Assembly: GCA_011109175.1 (NCBI GenBank)
Contig: RDEW01000017.1
Coordinates: 813,855 to 877,854 of the forward strand
Direction of reading: 5' to 3'
DNA length: 64,000 nt
Source: Dicyema japonicum
Lineage: Eukaryota > Animalia > Dicyemida
The translations under genes were made by a program, and so were the position numbers. Shown here in pieces: positions 50,161-63,004 of this stretch (position 1 is its first letter; every line of letters begins with the position of its first letter). The notes beneath the pieces were generated by a model. That model ran no database searches, was not told where the DNA came from, and saw only the letters and a list, made by a program, of their open reading frames with translations.

Positions 50161-50755
50161 CAAGACAGATTTTTCTTATGACAAAAGGAGAAATCAAATA
50201 ATCTTAGTCCAAATGGGAATAACATCTTCCCAAAATCTTCAGCAAGAAGAGTGAAAGAAACTGAAAAAATAAGACATTCTTTTCAAAAAGTTGAGATGAT
50301 ACTTGTATTACTAATTACCTGGAGAGGTTTTACAAATTCATATTAGTAAGTCCTTTTTATGGTGATTCCTGTAAGTCATTTTTATGGGAGATTTCTCACA
50401 TTGGAAGAATGTATTTTTAGTTATTATTTGGTTTTGTCAAAAAATCTATATCAATCTCGGTTAATATTTCCAAATCCATTTCTCTATTATTAGTATCATT
50501 TATAGATCATCATACCTTCATTATTTTATTTCAGCCTCAAAAAATACTAATCATCCATCTTCTGATGGAATTTAAAGCCATACGTACTTATATCAGGCAC
50601 TCCTTCAATTTCCTAACTATAAAAATTGAGAGCGTAGATTTTTCACTTTATAAAAATTAAGTGTATAAATGCAACCTCATTACTAAAAAACACAAAACTA
50701 AAAAGCAAAATAATTTTCATTAGTAACATTAGAATAGTCCGTATATAAATAAATC

Positions 50756-53453
50756 TCATAAAGGCAAAATATTTCTGTACTTAGAAAACCTCCCTCGAAA
50801 CTGATTCATCTCTCCATTCTGCTTCATTCGCATTTCCTCAATCTCCTTTGAATGCCTTTCCACCATACATTGATACTCCCTCAAAACAATCTGTTCCACT
50901 TCACTCCCAGATCTATCAGTCAACTATGATTATTAACAAGAGTACTATTGGACGATCAAACGTTGAAAGCTGAGAACTGGGACACACATGCACATCATTG
51001 TCTGACGCTGGTACTTCGGCATTCGAGGGATATTCGGTGGTTACGGAAGAAACATCAAACCGACCCAACTTCACCGTCTCCTAGAAAATCACTCCAAAAA
51101 CAACTGGAACTTCCGTGGTGACAGAACTCTCTGCTTCACATTTGACCTCCGCCGTCTTATGGGTATTTCCACTTAGGTCACGTGTTTTGAACGTCTTATT
51201 AAGCTCTTCCTCCAACTTAGCCAACGAAGTTTGGTTCTCCTCTCGTTTTGAGCAACAATCGGGCTTTTCCATACACGAGGATAAGGAGTCGAACGAGTTT
51301 TCGTGGTTAATAACGGACTCCGGCTTCGGAATTACCAGTGTCGCGGAGGAATCGTTCATGGGAATAGACATACTTTGAGGATCTTCCTCCTTAACCTCTG
51401 AATCAACAGGTTCAGAAATCAAGTCGTCCTAACCCTCACAACAACAGTCCACCTGGCACTCCGATGCTTTCTCAACGAGTTCTTCCAACAATTTCAACAG
51501 CCGTTCAGCCTCATAGTCTGCAAGGTACTTTTCGTCCACCTAAAATTCATATTAGGAAAAAATGACCAAATTCGCAATTATGTCTTGTGTGGACTCTTTT
51601 GAAGAGTCAAAGATGAAAGTGACCGCATCCCCTTTTAAATTTGTCAATTTGACTTTGATGTCGTTGTTCTTTTTCCCAACCAGCTCCATGGTGATCCGTC
51701 TCTTTTCACCATCTTCATTATCCCCCTCCAGAGTCCGTTCAGTCCCCTCCCTGAAATAAACCACAGCCAAACTCAGCTACCAAGGTGAGATCTTCTACTT
51801 TCGGAGGATCCAAACCCATCGATTCGGGGATTGACTTGGCCTCAGAAACCACCGATGTTCAGTCTCCCCAGCCTCAATCTTTCTGCATTCCTCCTTGTAC
51901 CTCTCAATGCTAATATGTATGTGCTTTGCTATGGCAGTGCTGTTTTCACTACTAATGAACTTATTCGAGACCTTCAATTAACAACCAACTAACCATCTCC
52001 TCAGCCACTGACAGAGCTGAATCTTCTCGGAGATTGTAGTTCATATAAATCCCAACTTTATCCTTTATCAGGAGGTCACATGACTTGCTCAAATCGGCCG
52101 CTGAGATCCTCAGAGTTATCCGTCACCTTTCCCTTCCATTCCACAGGCAATCACGTCCACATTTAGGGTACTCATTTCCTCTGAGAACACATTCAGTCTC
52201 AATAACTCATCCGCCGTGTACCTATCAAGGAATTACAATATCACAAAAACCTATTCTCCTTCTTATAAGCAATACAACTCCCCAAGATGCTCTTTAGCCC
52301 ATCATCTGATACCTTGTTGAGACTATCCGGGGGACAACCCTCACAGTCAGCCCAGTCTTACCCCCGACACTTTCAAATAGATTTGAGCCGCCGAGGTACA
52401 TTCGTTGTAGGGATACTCAGAGGTTACCATCTCCAGAATGCACATCCCGAACGCATACATGTCCACCGCCTCGTCGTAGCACTCTGTATACATCTCAGGA
52501 GCCATAAACTCAGGAGTCCCTGCCATAATTCTATGGTATTACCAATCACTGATTTGGCGAAAGATCCCTCACGAAACGTGGCTAAACCGAGATCGCCGAT
52601 CTTCACCGATCCCGTGGGACCTGTTATAAAAATATTGTCGCATTTGAGATCCCTGTGAATAATAGGTTTGCTTTGAGAGTGCAGGAAGCTCAATCCTTTC
52701 AGGATCTGCAGACACCAACGGTTGAGTACGCGTGGTTTCACTTTTTTGAACCGCTTTATGTATCTAGAGCCTTGACCCTTCAAGAATACGTTTTAAGGGT
52801 TCCTGAAGTCATCAGCTCTGTCACTAAGATCAGTTCGATCCCTTTAGGAGTTTTCGTCTCCCAGAAATCGTAGAATCTAATACTTATGGTGATTTCATGG
52901 AAACCTGACAATGTTTGGATTCTGCAATCCCTTAAGGAGTTCGATCTCTTCCTTGAACCTCTTCCGGTCGATCTTTCCCAACTTTGTACTCTGACAATTT
53001 TTCAAGTCAAATTACCTTCAGTTCACACCAGGCCACCGCTGCCCCTGTCTCCGTGTCTAATCCACGGTAGACAGTCTTGAAGGAACCAGTTCCCAGTTCA
53101 GCTCCGAACTTCACAAAGGACCCAGTCGGAGACATTGCAACGATCCTGTCCTCGGGCTTCTCTTCCTCTTCCTGGTCCCCGGCAGGAATCAATCCCGCCA
53201 CAGAAATCGCCGTGGTAGTCGATTCCGGGTTTTTTTCAACCTCCGGAGTTGGAGCGACCTCCTCGTTGCTGAGACAGGGTTTCAGGTTGGTAGGGCAACT
53301 TGGATTACTCACGTGGTGAACGTCGCTAGAACAACTGACGCTTTTTAAACGGTTCGAAGAAAAAAATTTGGCGTATTTATCGCCGAATGAGCTAGCCAGC
53401 TCATTAAAGTCAAGAAATCGGCCTTTTTTGTTGATTTTGGATTTGTTGGACAT
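50756..53453 (-). CDS. WNK: WNK (with-no-lysine) serine/threonine kinase
   Basis: [61 protein letters not shown], an autoinhibitory-like region ([14 protein letters not shown]) and a C-terminal coiled coil [11 protein letters not shown]; many micro-introns. Confidence 0.95.
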
Positions 53454-53799
53454 TGGATCTTGCTCCAGCCCAATATGTCTAAAAAATATTATGATCTTGT
53501 TAGAAAGTGAAAGTTTATGAGGGAAACAGTTAAATAAAAATACCCACAATAATGAAGATTATCACAAATAACTTTTGGGAAATTTAAAATTTTAATTATT
53601 TTTAAAAATTAATTTATAAATTAATTACTTTAAGTTCCTTCATAATTTTTAATAAATGAAAATATTTTATAAAGGAAAAAAAAGAGAATAAATGGTCATG
53701 TATTGGCTGCCATTTAATAAATTGTTTTCAAAAATATATAATTAAATTCAATTTATTGAACCAGAAGAACATCGTCATAGTCGGAATGAAAAAAACTCA

Positions 53800-54025
53800 A
53801 GTGATATTGGCCTCCCTCAGCAGTCTATGCATAATCGGACTTAAAGGAGCTCCGTCCAGGGGGAACTCCTCTGGATGGCTGTTAACTAATGCTTTTGTTT
53901 GGATATAATTTAGGATTATATCTAGAGCAACCAGAGATGGTAACCACATGACGCACGCTAACAATTCAAGCTCCCTGAATCAAAGGGAAGAGGAGGAACA
54001 TGAGAAACAAACAAAAAATCTTTAA
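53800..54025 (-). mobile_element. Decayed Vingi-family 5' end with ribozyme-like fold (53891-53958)
   Basis: GTC-A-TGTGGTT-ACC-ATCTCT-GGT, then an 8-bp hairpin GATATAAT/ATTATATC followed by CAAA. Confidence 0.55.
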
Positions 54026-54039
54026 GGAGTGTAACTCCA

Positions 54040-56110
54040 TTATTTCCTGGATACATCGTAATCAGAAAAGGTGGGATACTTGACCTACTCTGATGTGAGC
54101 AGACAAGTGGACAATATAATTTACATGAAAGGACCGCTGAACAAATCTCGATTGATGTCGTTAATGATTTAGGTCACCTCATTTTGATTGACTTATACAT
54201 TTCCCGTCGGGATCCTGCCCTATAAATTATGTTCCAAAACTCGATATAAGTCTACTAAGACTTTCATAGTGACAATAATCTAATTATACTAAAGTAGAGC
54301 CGATTCAAAACCCCACATAGGAACAAAGCAACCTTCAGAACTACATAATCTTCTCCTTGATCAATACACTATTCATGGAAAAGACGATCGCATCTGCTAC
54401 TTCGTTTAATTTTATTAATTATTTGTATAAAAATATTCATAAATTCATGCAGTTCAATAGATAAATTTTTCACTACCAAATTCTGCCTGTGCAAAATGCA
54501 ATGAACAAATATCGCATTTGGGCATTTTATTTTAAAAATACCATAAAGTGCACGCTTTGTTATATAAATTATTTTAAATAAATTTATGTATAAATATGTC
54601 ATCATTAAAAAATTCGTAATTAAAAAACTCGTTGAGAGACACTGATCTAAACCGTGTAATCTTCCCAGCAGAAAGCTATTTGTCTTCCGAGCAGTGTATA
54701 GATGTTATAACACTACATTCGACTCCGAACCTCGTTCCCATATAAAGAAGAGGAACTCTCTGAAGATAATTAACCTCTACCTTATTTGACTTGAGGAATA
54801 AAAATGTTTTATTCAAAAAATCACAACCCTCATAAACAAAAAAGAAAAGTCTTGGAATCGAATATTATTATCTATTAAACAAATGAAATCGCGATACTAC
54901 TTTGGAATATAACCTGATGAAGTATTACCCCCTACAAGACACAAGGACTTTTCGAGGACTCTCTACTGTTGCTTACGTAATTTGTATTTAAACCATCTTC
55001 ATGGATCGAACTTTTTACTCACGTTGAGGCTACATAGGCGTTAAGATTCATGAAAAGTCATATACGTCTCGTCTATATGGCATTCCTGAAATTCTGCTAA
55101 AGCATCTTGAAGAGATTGCAGTCAGATCGATTAGTTCAATTTTAATTTGTCTTCAATACGAACGCTATTTCTAATAAATGGAAGAACTACATATCATACC
55201 TGTCTTAAAACCAGGAAAACCTAACGCCCACCTTCATCTTACTGCCCGATATCCCTGACCTGTACGTCATCGGGTCTCATGGAAAAACGTGCTTTGGAAA
55301 ATTAAACCCCATTTTCCCTTTTGTCACTACCAACATGGATTCAGATTGAAACGTTCTACAACAACACACTTAACTTCCTTGACATAATTTATCCCGAAAA
55401 ACTTCAACGAACCTAGACGGCATCTACGAACAGTATTAGTCTCGTTAGGCTTCCAAAGGGCATTTAATTCAGTCCCGATAATCCTACAAACGAAAATTGT
55501 CTTCAACATCTCCATTCAACCGACTTTAAAACGACGGATAGTCAATTTTCTTACAAAAAAGAGATTATGTGTATAAGCCATTCAAGATCGAGATCCCGCC
55601 CCCTCCTGAATGTTGTCCTTCAGGGATCGTTCTTTCTATAGCGAATCCGATCGCTTCTATTAATCAGCGATAGAAGCCGTAGGTACACGTAAACAAGATG
55701 ACACTAAATTCTAATCAATTACGTATCGATTTAAAATTTTATTATAAAATTACGTAATAATGTTTAGCCATACTAATTTTAGCTCTAAAATTTAATCATT
55801 TTTAAAAATTTTTAACATAAATATTTAAAATTACAATCTGTCAAGCTAAACTATTTCAAATCAACCCTCTACGATGTGGGCACCACCCATATCTACCAAC
55901 ATATGATATACTCTGCCCCTTTTGCAACCTCAACGTGCTGAAAACAAATCACCTATTTCAATGTCATGAATTGGCACAACGTTTCTCCACAATGCCGGAA
56001 CTGACCGATGGGAGCGACCAACATCTGCTGCGTCCTAATTAATAGCTGTTGGCCTCCTACAAGTTAGTGAGGCTGGGGTTACTTATCTAACTAACTAAAT
56101 CAACCCTTAC
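54040..56110 (+). mobile_element. Heavily decayed Vingi-like LINE, interrupted by a minus-strand hAT remnant (54369-54605)
   Basis: FPGYIVIR, KPGKP..YCPISLT, KAFNSVP and CPQC..HLL remnants; hAT motif FVHCILHRQNL. Confidence 0.65.
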
Positions 56111-56369
56111 CCAGGTAATGTTAGTAATAATAAAAGTGATCCAATTTAATAAAAAACACATCTTAAAAAATTTCAAAGGTCACAATTTTTAGCTCGACTA
56201 ATATGAACTGTGTTATATTTATTATTTTCTTCGTCCTAGGTCAACAATAGTTATCAGTTCTCCTTTCTTACTGACAACTTGGTACTTTTTTGTAGAAACT
56301 TCGTCATATAATGGGTAGGCCTATTACCCTCATTGGCTTCCCAATCATGACGTAATAAAATTTCGGAAA

Positions 56370-56900
56370 ATTTAGAAAATGAGTCTATAAGAACCATAAT
56401 CTGATATATTGCAAACTAACCCAAGAAAAGTTTTTATTTTGAGAAGAATATCCACGTAAATCAACAAGATCTACAATGTATTGATCTCTTGGAGCATAAG
56501 CAATGATTGGCGTAATTTCAGGTTTATTTGCAAGAATTCGTTTTGACTAAAATTACTATATTTAATACCTGACAATATACACATTTAGAGACCACAGTAC
56601 TAACTTTTCTACGTGTAGCACCATAAAAAGTAAGTGATAATGAACTAAATAATTTATCTCGCCCAAAGTGATCAAGATTATGTTGAGCCTAATATAAATT
56701 GGATAATATAAAACTTCAATGTATTTTTTTATGTTCTGTTTCTTCAAGATAAAAGTATTCCAGTTCTATACCATTTTTTATAATGTAGGGTTTCACATAT
56801 TTGAAAATGAATTGTTCGGCACATCTTCTGATTTTTGCCCGTTCTTTCCTGTCAGGGTAATTATCGATTGTTTTGTAACAATATTATATCAAAACAAAAT
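56370..56900 (-). pseudogene. Truncated Ginger/KRBA2-type DDE integrase with three micro-introns
   Basis: Spliced: YPDRKERAKIRRCAEQF..HNLDHFGRDK..SKCVYCQ (H2C2 zinc finger)..DLVDLRGYSSQNKNFSW/IMVLIDSFSKF; candidate introns of 26, 23 and 20 nt (the last at 56401-56420). Confidence 0.72.
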
Positions 56901-57052
56901 ATGAACAATAAATTCTAAAAAAAGAAATTAAAAATTATATTATAGAATGTTAGAGATAATCCCGATAATTATGATTGATATTCTATCATGACTGTCAGTT
57001 ATACAAATCAATGATTATATATTAGATTTGTAATCTGTGATCGGTAGAAATA

Positions 57053-57615
57053 ATGGTTTGGTTTTATAGTCATTAGTGTAGGGTGACCTTGCTCAGTCAG
57101 AGATTGATGGTGAAGCAGTCTGTTACTTTAGATATTAAAGAGGTCTTTGATCTTTTCGACTTTTGGGATGGACGAGACGGAGAGGTCGACGCCTTCAAGG
57201 TTGGGGACGTTTTGAGATCTCTGGGGATCAACCCAATGAACGACACGGTTTTGAAACTTGGAGGGACCTCTAAAATGGGTTTTTAGTGATCATTATCCAC
57301 AGGAGAGAAGGCATACAAATTCGAAGACTTCTTGCCGATGTACAAAGCGGCTTGCAAGGAAAAAGATACGGGGACATTCGCTGACTTTATTGAAGGATTC
57401 AAAACCTTCGATAGGGAAGGACAAGGCTATATTTCAGCTGCAGAACTGAGACACGTACTCATAAATTTGGGGGAAAAACTAAGGGATGAGGACGTTGACA
57501 ACATTCTTAAGTGTACTGACGTGGCTATTGATTTGGACGGAAACATAAAATATGAAGGTAAGGAAGTTTGGCATTTGTAGAATTTATCCGCAAAGTAATG
57601 GCAGGGCCACACTAA
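57053..57615 (+). CDS. Myosin essential light chain, mollusc/spiralian type
   Basis: Exons 57053-57055, 57082-57109, 57132-57278, 57303-57557 and 57581-57615 (introns 26, 22, 24, 23 nt) give [67 protein letters not shown]. Confidence 0.95.
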
Positions 57616-57899
57616 TTTATCACTAACCAATAATTAATTATCATAAAATTGATAACGATGTTATTGTTCGTAGTTTACTCCCGGTCCCTTCGTGTGAAAT
57701 AAACCCGTGGCTAACATGAACGTCACAACCAAAAGCGAACTCTCAAAGAGATCAGAAAAGTGTATTTACCTCTGTGTAGAACACGGAGGCGAACTGGAAT
57801 AGAATCAAATATTTTGCTTTGTAGTGGCTACGGGACGAGCTCCAAAATACCGTTTCTAGAGATCTTTAATCATGGTTTGTTGATATTATTGTATTTATT

Positions 57900-58930
57900 T
57901 AACATCCCAGGACCACGGTAAAACTAAGCTAATTATCATGTGATCCCGATGCTTTCCATTAGTGATTTCATCTTTGACATTATTGCATTCATTATATTAA
58001 TCCAAAGAACATCAAGAAAAATTTCAAGGCTTACTAATTAAATCATCATTTTAAGGCTTACTAAGTAGCGCCTGTGACAGATTATGGCTCTGTGGTTAAC
58101 ACTGTCTTTGATATGTCGAGACATGACATTCAGGAGACATTTGGAACTAGAAGTTGAGATGAAGTAAGCAATCACCGCATGACCGTCCTGGGCGAAAAAC
58201 AAATTGATCATTTCTGAATTAATCTTCTTTTTCCAGCTTATTTGTAATCCTCCAGAAGACAATTTTTCCATGATTTTTAAGATTGACCGAATTAGGCTGA
58301 TCGGACGGTAGCTATCAGGATCATTCTTTGGTCTTTTTGTCTTCGCTACCACCCATACAATGGTCTTCTTCCATTCCTGTGAAACACGACCAATTTTTAT
58401 GCATGCGTTGAACATATCTTTGAGAACTTCAAATAAAATTTCTGGGCCTTCTTTGAACATCCTAGCTTTTATGAAATCACTGCCCGGAGCTTTATTCTTG
58501 ACAGTTCTTATTACTATCTTCAGTTCTTCTAGAGAGAACTCTAAAAATGCTGTTTTCTCTGATAATGGTTCGTAACAAGTCTTCTCCGAGATGACATCAT
58601 CGTCCACATCAAATATCTTTTTAACCTGTGTCTCAAAAACTAGAGGTATTTTTTCTTCAGCATAGTAGGTGCCATCCGGTTTTTTGAGCACAATCTTGTT
58701 TGCGATTGACTCTGGGTTCCTCACTCTTCGGTATACCTTCCAGAAAGAGGGATTGTGTTTGTTTAGCTTCCGTAGTCGAGAGTTCCACTTATTCTCATTC
58801 CGACTTTTGAATTTTTCAGACAACTGCTTTTGTAGTTCGCCAATTTTGTGAGACAAGGCTAAGCGGTCCTGTGGGTCTACGCATCTCTCAGTTTAGTTCT
58901 TAGATTATTTCTTTTCAACACAATCTTCTT
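57900..58930 (-). mobile_element. Internally deleted APE-type LINE (RT N-terminus joined to a GIT-stop 3' end)
   Basis: KAPGSDFI, WKKTIV, SYRPISL; MESIGIT-stop near 57945. Confidence 0.75.
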
Positions 58931-58999
58931 GATGTGCCATGGAATAAGGACAACATTATCGTTTTTTGAGTTTATTTTTCTAGCAAAGTTATTGTTTTC

Positions 59000-59449
59000 T
59001 TCTGTAACCGAAGATTGTTTTCCAATTTTTTGTAAATTGGAAAATTTCGATTCTTGAGCAATAAAAGACAGTAAACAATTTTGAAGACGATGGGATTATT
59101 ATTGCAAATGTAAGCAATCAATAATGAATGAAAATTTGTTTCATGAACTCTCTGAAATTGCGAAATATAAAAGGCTAAAATCAAATTTGGAAAAATTGCA
59201 AAACCCACGGTATTCAATCGAAGAAAGTTATGCAGATTTTGAAAAGATCAGTTCTATTTCTGTAAAGGGAGATATTGAAAATTATTTTATTGAAAGTTAT
59301 GAGAAGAATGATTTAATGGATGTGTTAAAATGAATAACAAATAATAAATCCAATGACATATTGCAACCTTCTAAAATTCCCGCTACTTCAATTGCAGTTG
59401 AACGATCTTTCTCCTTTTTGAAAAATAATAATATTTGCACTTGAACGAT
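59000..59449 (+). mobile_element. hAT-like transposase C-terminal remnant
   Basis: PATSIAVERSFSFLK dimerisation-type motif. Confidence 0.55.
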
Positions 59450-59460
59450 CCTTTTGAAAA

Positions 59461-59739
59461 TAATAAATCAGTTATCGCTCCCCACAGACAGAACACACAC
59501 TTAAAGCAAAGTACAGTTATAATAGCTAATCAAGGAGGATCAAAATGCTCTTCACTTCTTGTTTTCTTTTTCTTGGGTGTATGCCATTTATAGACGATTC
59601 GGTTCCGCAGTGAAGTTCACTGATGACGGCGTCACTCGTCAAGCCAAAGCATATTGATGGAACCTTCAACCAAAATGTGCAGTATCGGGATTCGAAAAAG
59701 CGACCTTCAGGCATCTTGCCCGACAACCGCCACACTGCG
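59461..59739 (-). mobile_element. Second copy of the tRNA-derived SINE, with an 11-bp TSD
   Basis: Head with TTCGAATCC, body GAAGGTTCCA..TTGACGAGTGACGCC; flanked by ccttttgaaaa at 59450-59460 and 59740-59750. Confidence 0.8.
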
Positions 59740-59884
59740 CCTTTTGAAAAAAAAGATGTCTAAAGATAGAAATATCAATAAAAACAATATCGAAAAATAT
59801 TTCATGCTAAATTATAATTTCTCTAATAGTAAAACCAAAGAAAATCAATTGTAATTAATTAACACTATGTAAGCTGAATTCTTC

Positions 59885-62800
59885 ACAAACGCGTTGTAAA
59901 GCCTGCATCTAATGTCAATTCCAAGTCCTTTGGCCCTTAGCCATCCTTTCTTCAGCCATTGCCGTATTTGCCAGTGTTTTCTTCCTTAGTACATCTTCAG
60001 CGTCTCATAGTAGAGAGCCGAGCTTATTAGTACGTCTCCATCTTTCATGAGTAATATCGTCTCTTTTGATTTCCGTAATTTCAGTTTTGTTAACATTTAC
60101 GCTGAGAAACCATTTTTCTCAAGCTCCGTTGGTGCATTTTCTAGCAGGTGTTGGAGAAAATCCACATCATCCGCATATGATGTCTCTTCTATGTCGCATT
60201 TACGGAGATCGCGGAGTGCAGATTCAAGGTATATGGTAAATAGTAAAGGGGAGAGGGAATCACCCTGGGGTGTCCCAATCGTTGTTTTGAAACTGCGGGA
60301 AGTTGCTCTTTCTGTCCTCACAGATAGTCTTGTGTTCGCAAGTAGTAGTCTGATTATCCTAACCGACGATTCATCCAATATTTGCTCAAGCACATTCATC
60401 AGTTTCTGTCTGTTTATTGAGTCGAAAGCTCTGGAGAGATCTATTCCCAACACGGTCGTTGCGCTCTTGAATCTTTGGTGCGTTGCGCAGCGCCATCTGT
60501 GGCTCCATACAATGTCTGCCGTAGACCTCCCTTCTCGGAACCCACTTTGACTTGCTGGTAGGTATAGATCCGCCACACCCTTTATCCGGCTTAGTGCAAT
60601 GTTTGCCAGCACCTTGCGTATCGAATTCAGAAGTATTATCGGGCGGAGATTTTCTACTGGTCTTTTTGATTTGTTCGGTTTTTGTATGGGTATTAATAAT
60701 CCATTTCCAAGTCCTAGATCGGTATTAGTTTCAAAGACGTCATTTAGGGTTTTTGCAATTGTGTTGCTAAGTTTTTTTGGCCCATATTTTAGGAGCTCAG
60801 GGCTTATGTTGTCCGGCCCAGCACTCTTGTTGTTTTTCAGTTTATTTATCGCTAATTTCACCTCTTCCACTGTGATTGAGATTTTTAGCGCCTTTGCTTC
60901 TCCTTGGAAAGGGGGAAAGTCATTATTTTCTTTATTCAACAGTGTTTCGAAGTGTCGTGCAATCAATTCTGCTTTTTCTTTTCTGGTTACCCACGAATTT
61001 TCCATCTTTGTCTTTGATGTGAAGGATGTTTTGTCCTTTCTTTGTCCGCAGCAAAGCCGCATACATCCTTGAATTGTCCTTTAGGCATTCCACATCTTTT
61101 AATAGAGATGTAATAATTTCCCGTGAGTGTTTTCTGTTCATCTTTTTGATTTTCCATTTTAGTTCCCTTTGTTGGATATTAAGCTCTTTTTTTTACTCTC
61201 GTCTGACGTGTTTGCCGCTTTTAGCCGTAGCTCTCTGCAATGTTTTGCCATATCTGGCACGTTCGGGTGGTGATTTAATTTTAGGGCGTGATGATTTCGG
61301 ACTCCAAGGCATATATTGGCCGACTTGGATATTACCTGCTTTGTTTGATCCCACAGAGTTCGTACTGATGATTCCGGTGCGGTTTTCTCCATAAGAATCT
61401 CGATTTGTTCGTGATATTTAGCTCTACAAGTGGGCTCTAACCACAATTTTTCTGTCTGAAAGTATATATTGGGCTTTGTCTCGCCTTCTTCGCGTTTTCA
61501 ATGTATTTTTTCCCAGTCAGGTGCTTTTTCCACAGAGTTTTGCAATGACGATCCTGTGGTCGCTGTCAGTTGTTGTCCCCTGGTAGGAACGTGCATCATT
61601 TAGCAGGTGTTGATCAGACAGATAATGTAGTCGATTTTTTTTTTTTTTTTTTTTTTTGTCCGTTTGTTTTTTTCTTTGTCCGTGCCACGTCGTCTTGTGG
61701 CAAGCTGAGTGCGTGAAGGCCGTGTTGCACAGGAAAAGGCTATTTGCCTCGCAGAAGTTTACCAGAGAGGCTCCAGATGCATTTCTCCTTCCGCGCCCGT
61801 GTCTTCCAATAGAGGATTCTTCGGGCCCCATTCGCATTCCGGCCTTTGCATTCATATCTCCCGCAACAAAGACAAGGACGAGGAAGTATTATTAGAGTAT
61901 GTGCTTGATAGTTCTGAGTAGAATTCCTCGAGCTCACGGGGTTCTTGATTACTCGTCCACAGTGTGGTGCATAGACATTTATGACAGTTATATACTCTTG
62001 GACGGGCATAGTTCATTTAGTTTGACTTGTAGGACACATATTCGGGCGTTGACTCTCCAAAGCGATGTAATTTTTGAGGTAATCCACGTGTAGGGCAGGT
62101 CCCATGCCGTAGTGCTTGTATTCAGTTGGAAGAGAATCAGTCGGTAATTGCTCCATGTCTCATCGCGTCCATTTTCGATTTTCGTCTCTTGTAGGAAGCC
62201 AATAGATATTTTGTATTTCTCGAGATCGTCACAAAGTACTTTCCTTGTCCAATCTTTCGATATTCCACATGCGTTGAACGTCATTAGCCTGAATTCTCGA
62301 TTGTATGATGATTGTTTTTCAGACATTTTTCTTAACCGTTGTACAAAGAAAAAACGAGGCACGTCACCACCTCACCAAAAAACTGTACAACGCTGGGACA
62401 TGGGGAAGTTTTTTCTACGAACTATTGAAACTGGATTCGTTCCATTGAAGGCAACTAAGAAGCTTACTCGGAAAAAACGAGGCACGTCACCACCTCACCA
62501 AAAACTGTACAAACGCTGGGACATGGGAAGTTTTTTCTACGAACTATTGAAACTGGATTCGTTCCATAGAAGGCAACTAAGAAGCTTACTCGGAATGGAG
62601 TGGCCACGTAGAATATCAACCACTGGTATCTACAACAAGTGTATGTGTTCTTACATCAGCAAGGATGTGATAGATGCCCGGTGGAGGCTATTTGGGCATG
62701 TACTAAGAATGAACCCGGACCCACCCGCTAACAAAGCGATGGAAGATTACTTTGACAGTTGCGAAAAACCCTTCCGCAGACGACCTAGATCGACACTTCC

Positions 62801-62989
62801 GAATGCCTTAAACAAAGACTTAAATCGTGTGAGAAAAAATCTAAAGACGGGGGACGACCTGGACGAATTGAGATCACTCGCATTCGACAGAGGAAGATGG
62901 AAAAGACTAACTATAAATATTGTTTCTTTGAGTGTTGCACATGCGGGGCTATAATCATTATGGCTTTCGTGAAAGTGCCTTAATAATAA
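59885..62989. mobile_element. Full-length RTE-like LINE with an inverted 5' portion (59885-62382 minus; 62383-62989 plus)
   Basis: The minus part encodes APE (LMTFNACG, FLQETK, DSDHRIV) and RT up to LYNAFVK; the plus part resumes at LYNAGTW and runs to the TAA tail; TSD taagctgaattcttc at 59870-59884 and 62990-63004. Confidence 0.9.
62349..62592 (+). repeat. Tandem duplication of about 123 bp spanning the RTE inversion junction
   Basis: aaaaaacgaggcacgtcacc..agcttactcgg occurs twice, with small indels. Confidence 0.9.
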
Positions 62990-63004
62990 TAAGCTGAATT
63001 CTTC

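Noticed and set aside
50200-50720. Signal-peptide gene downstream of WNK (MKIILLFSFVFF)
   Set aside because: Every intron choice tried hit a stop codon; unsupported without transcripts.
59620-59650. Hammerhead core CTGATGA
   Set aside because: No GAAA after a stem II; it is the antisense strand of the SINE body.
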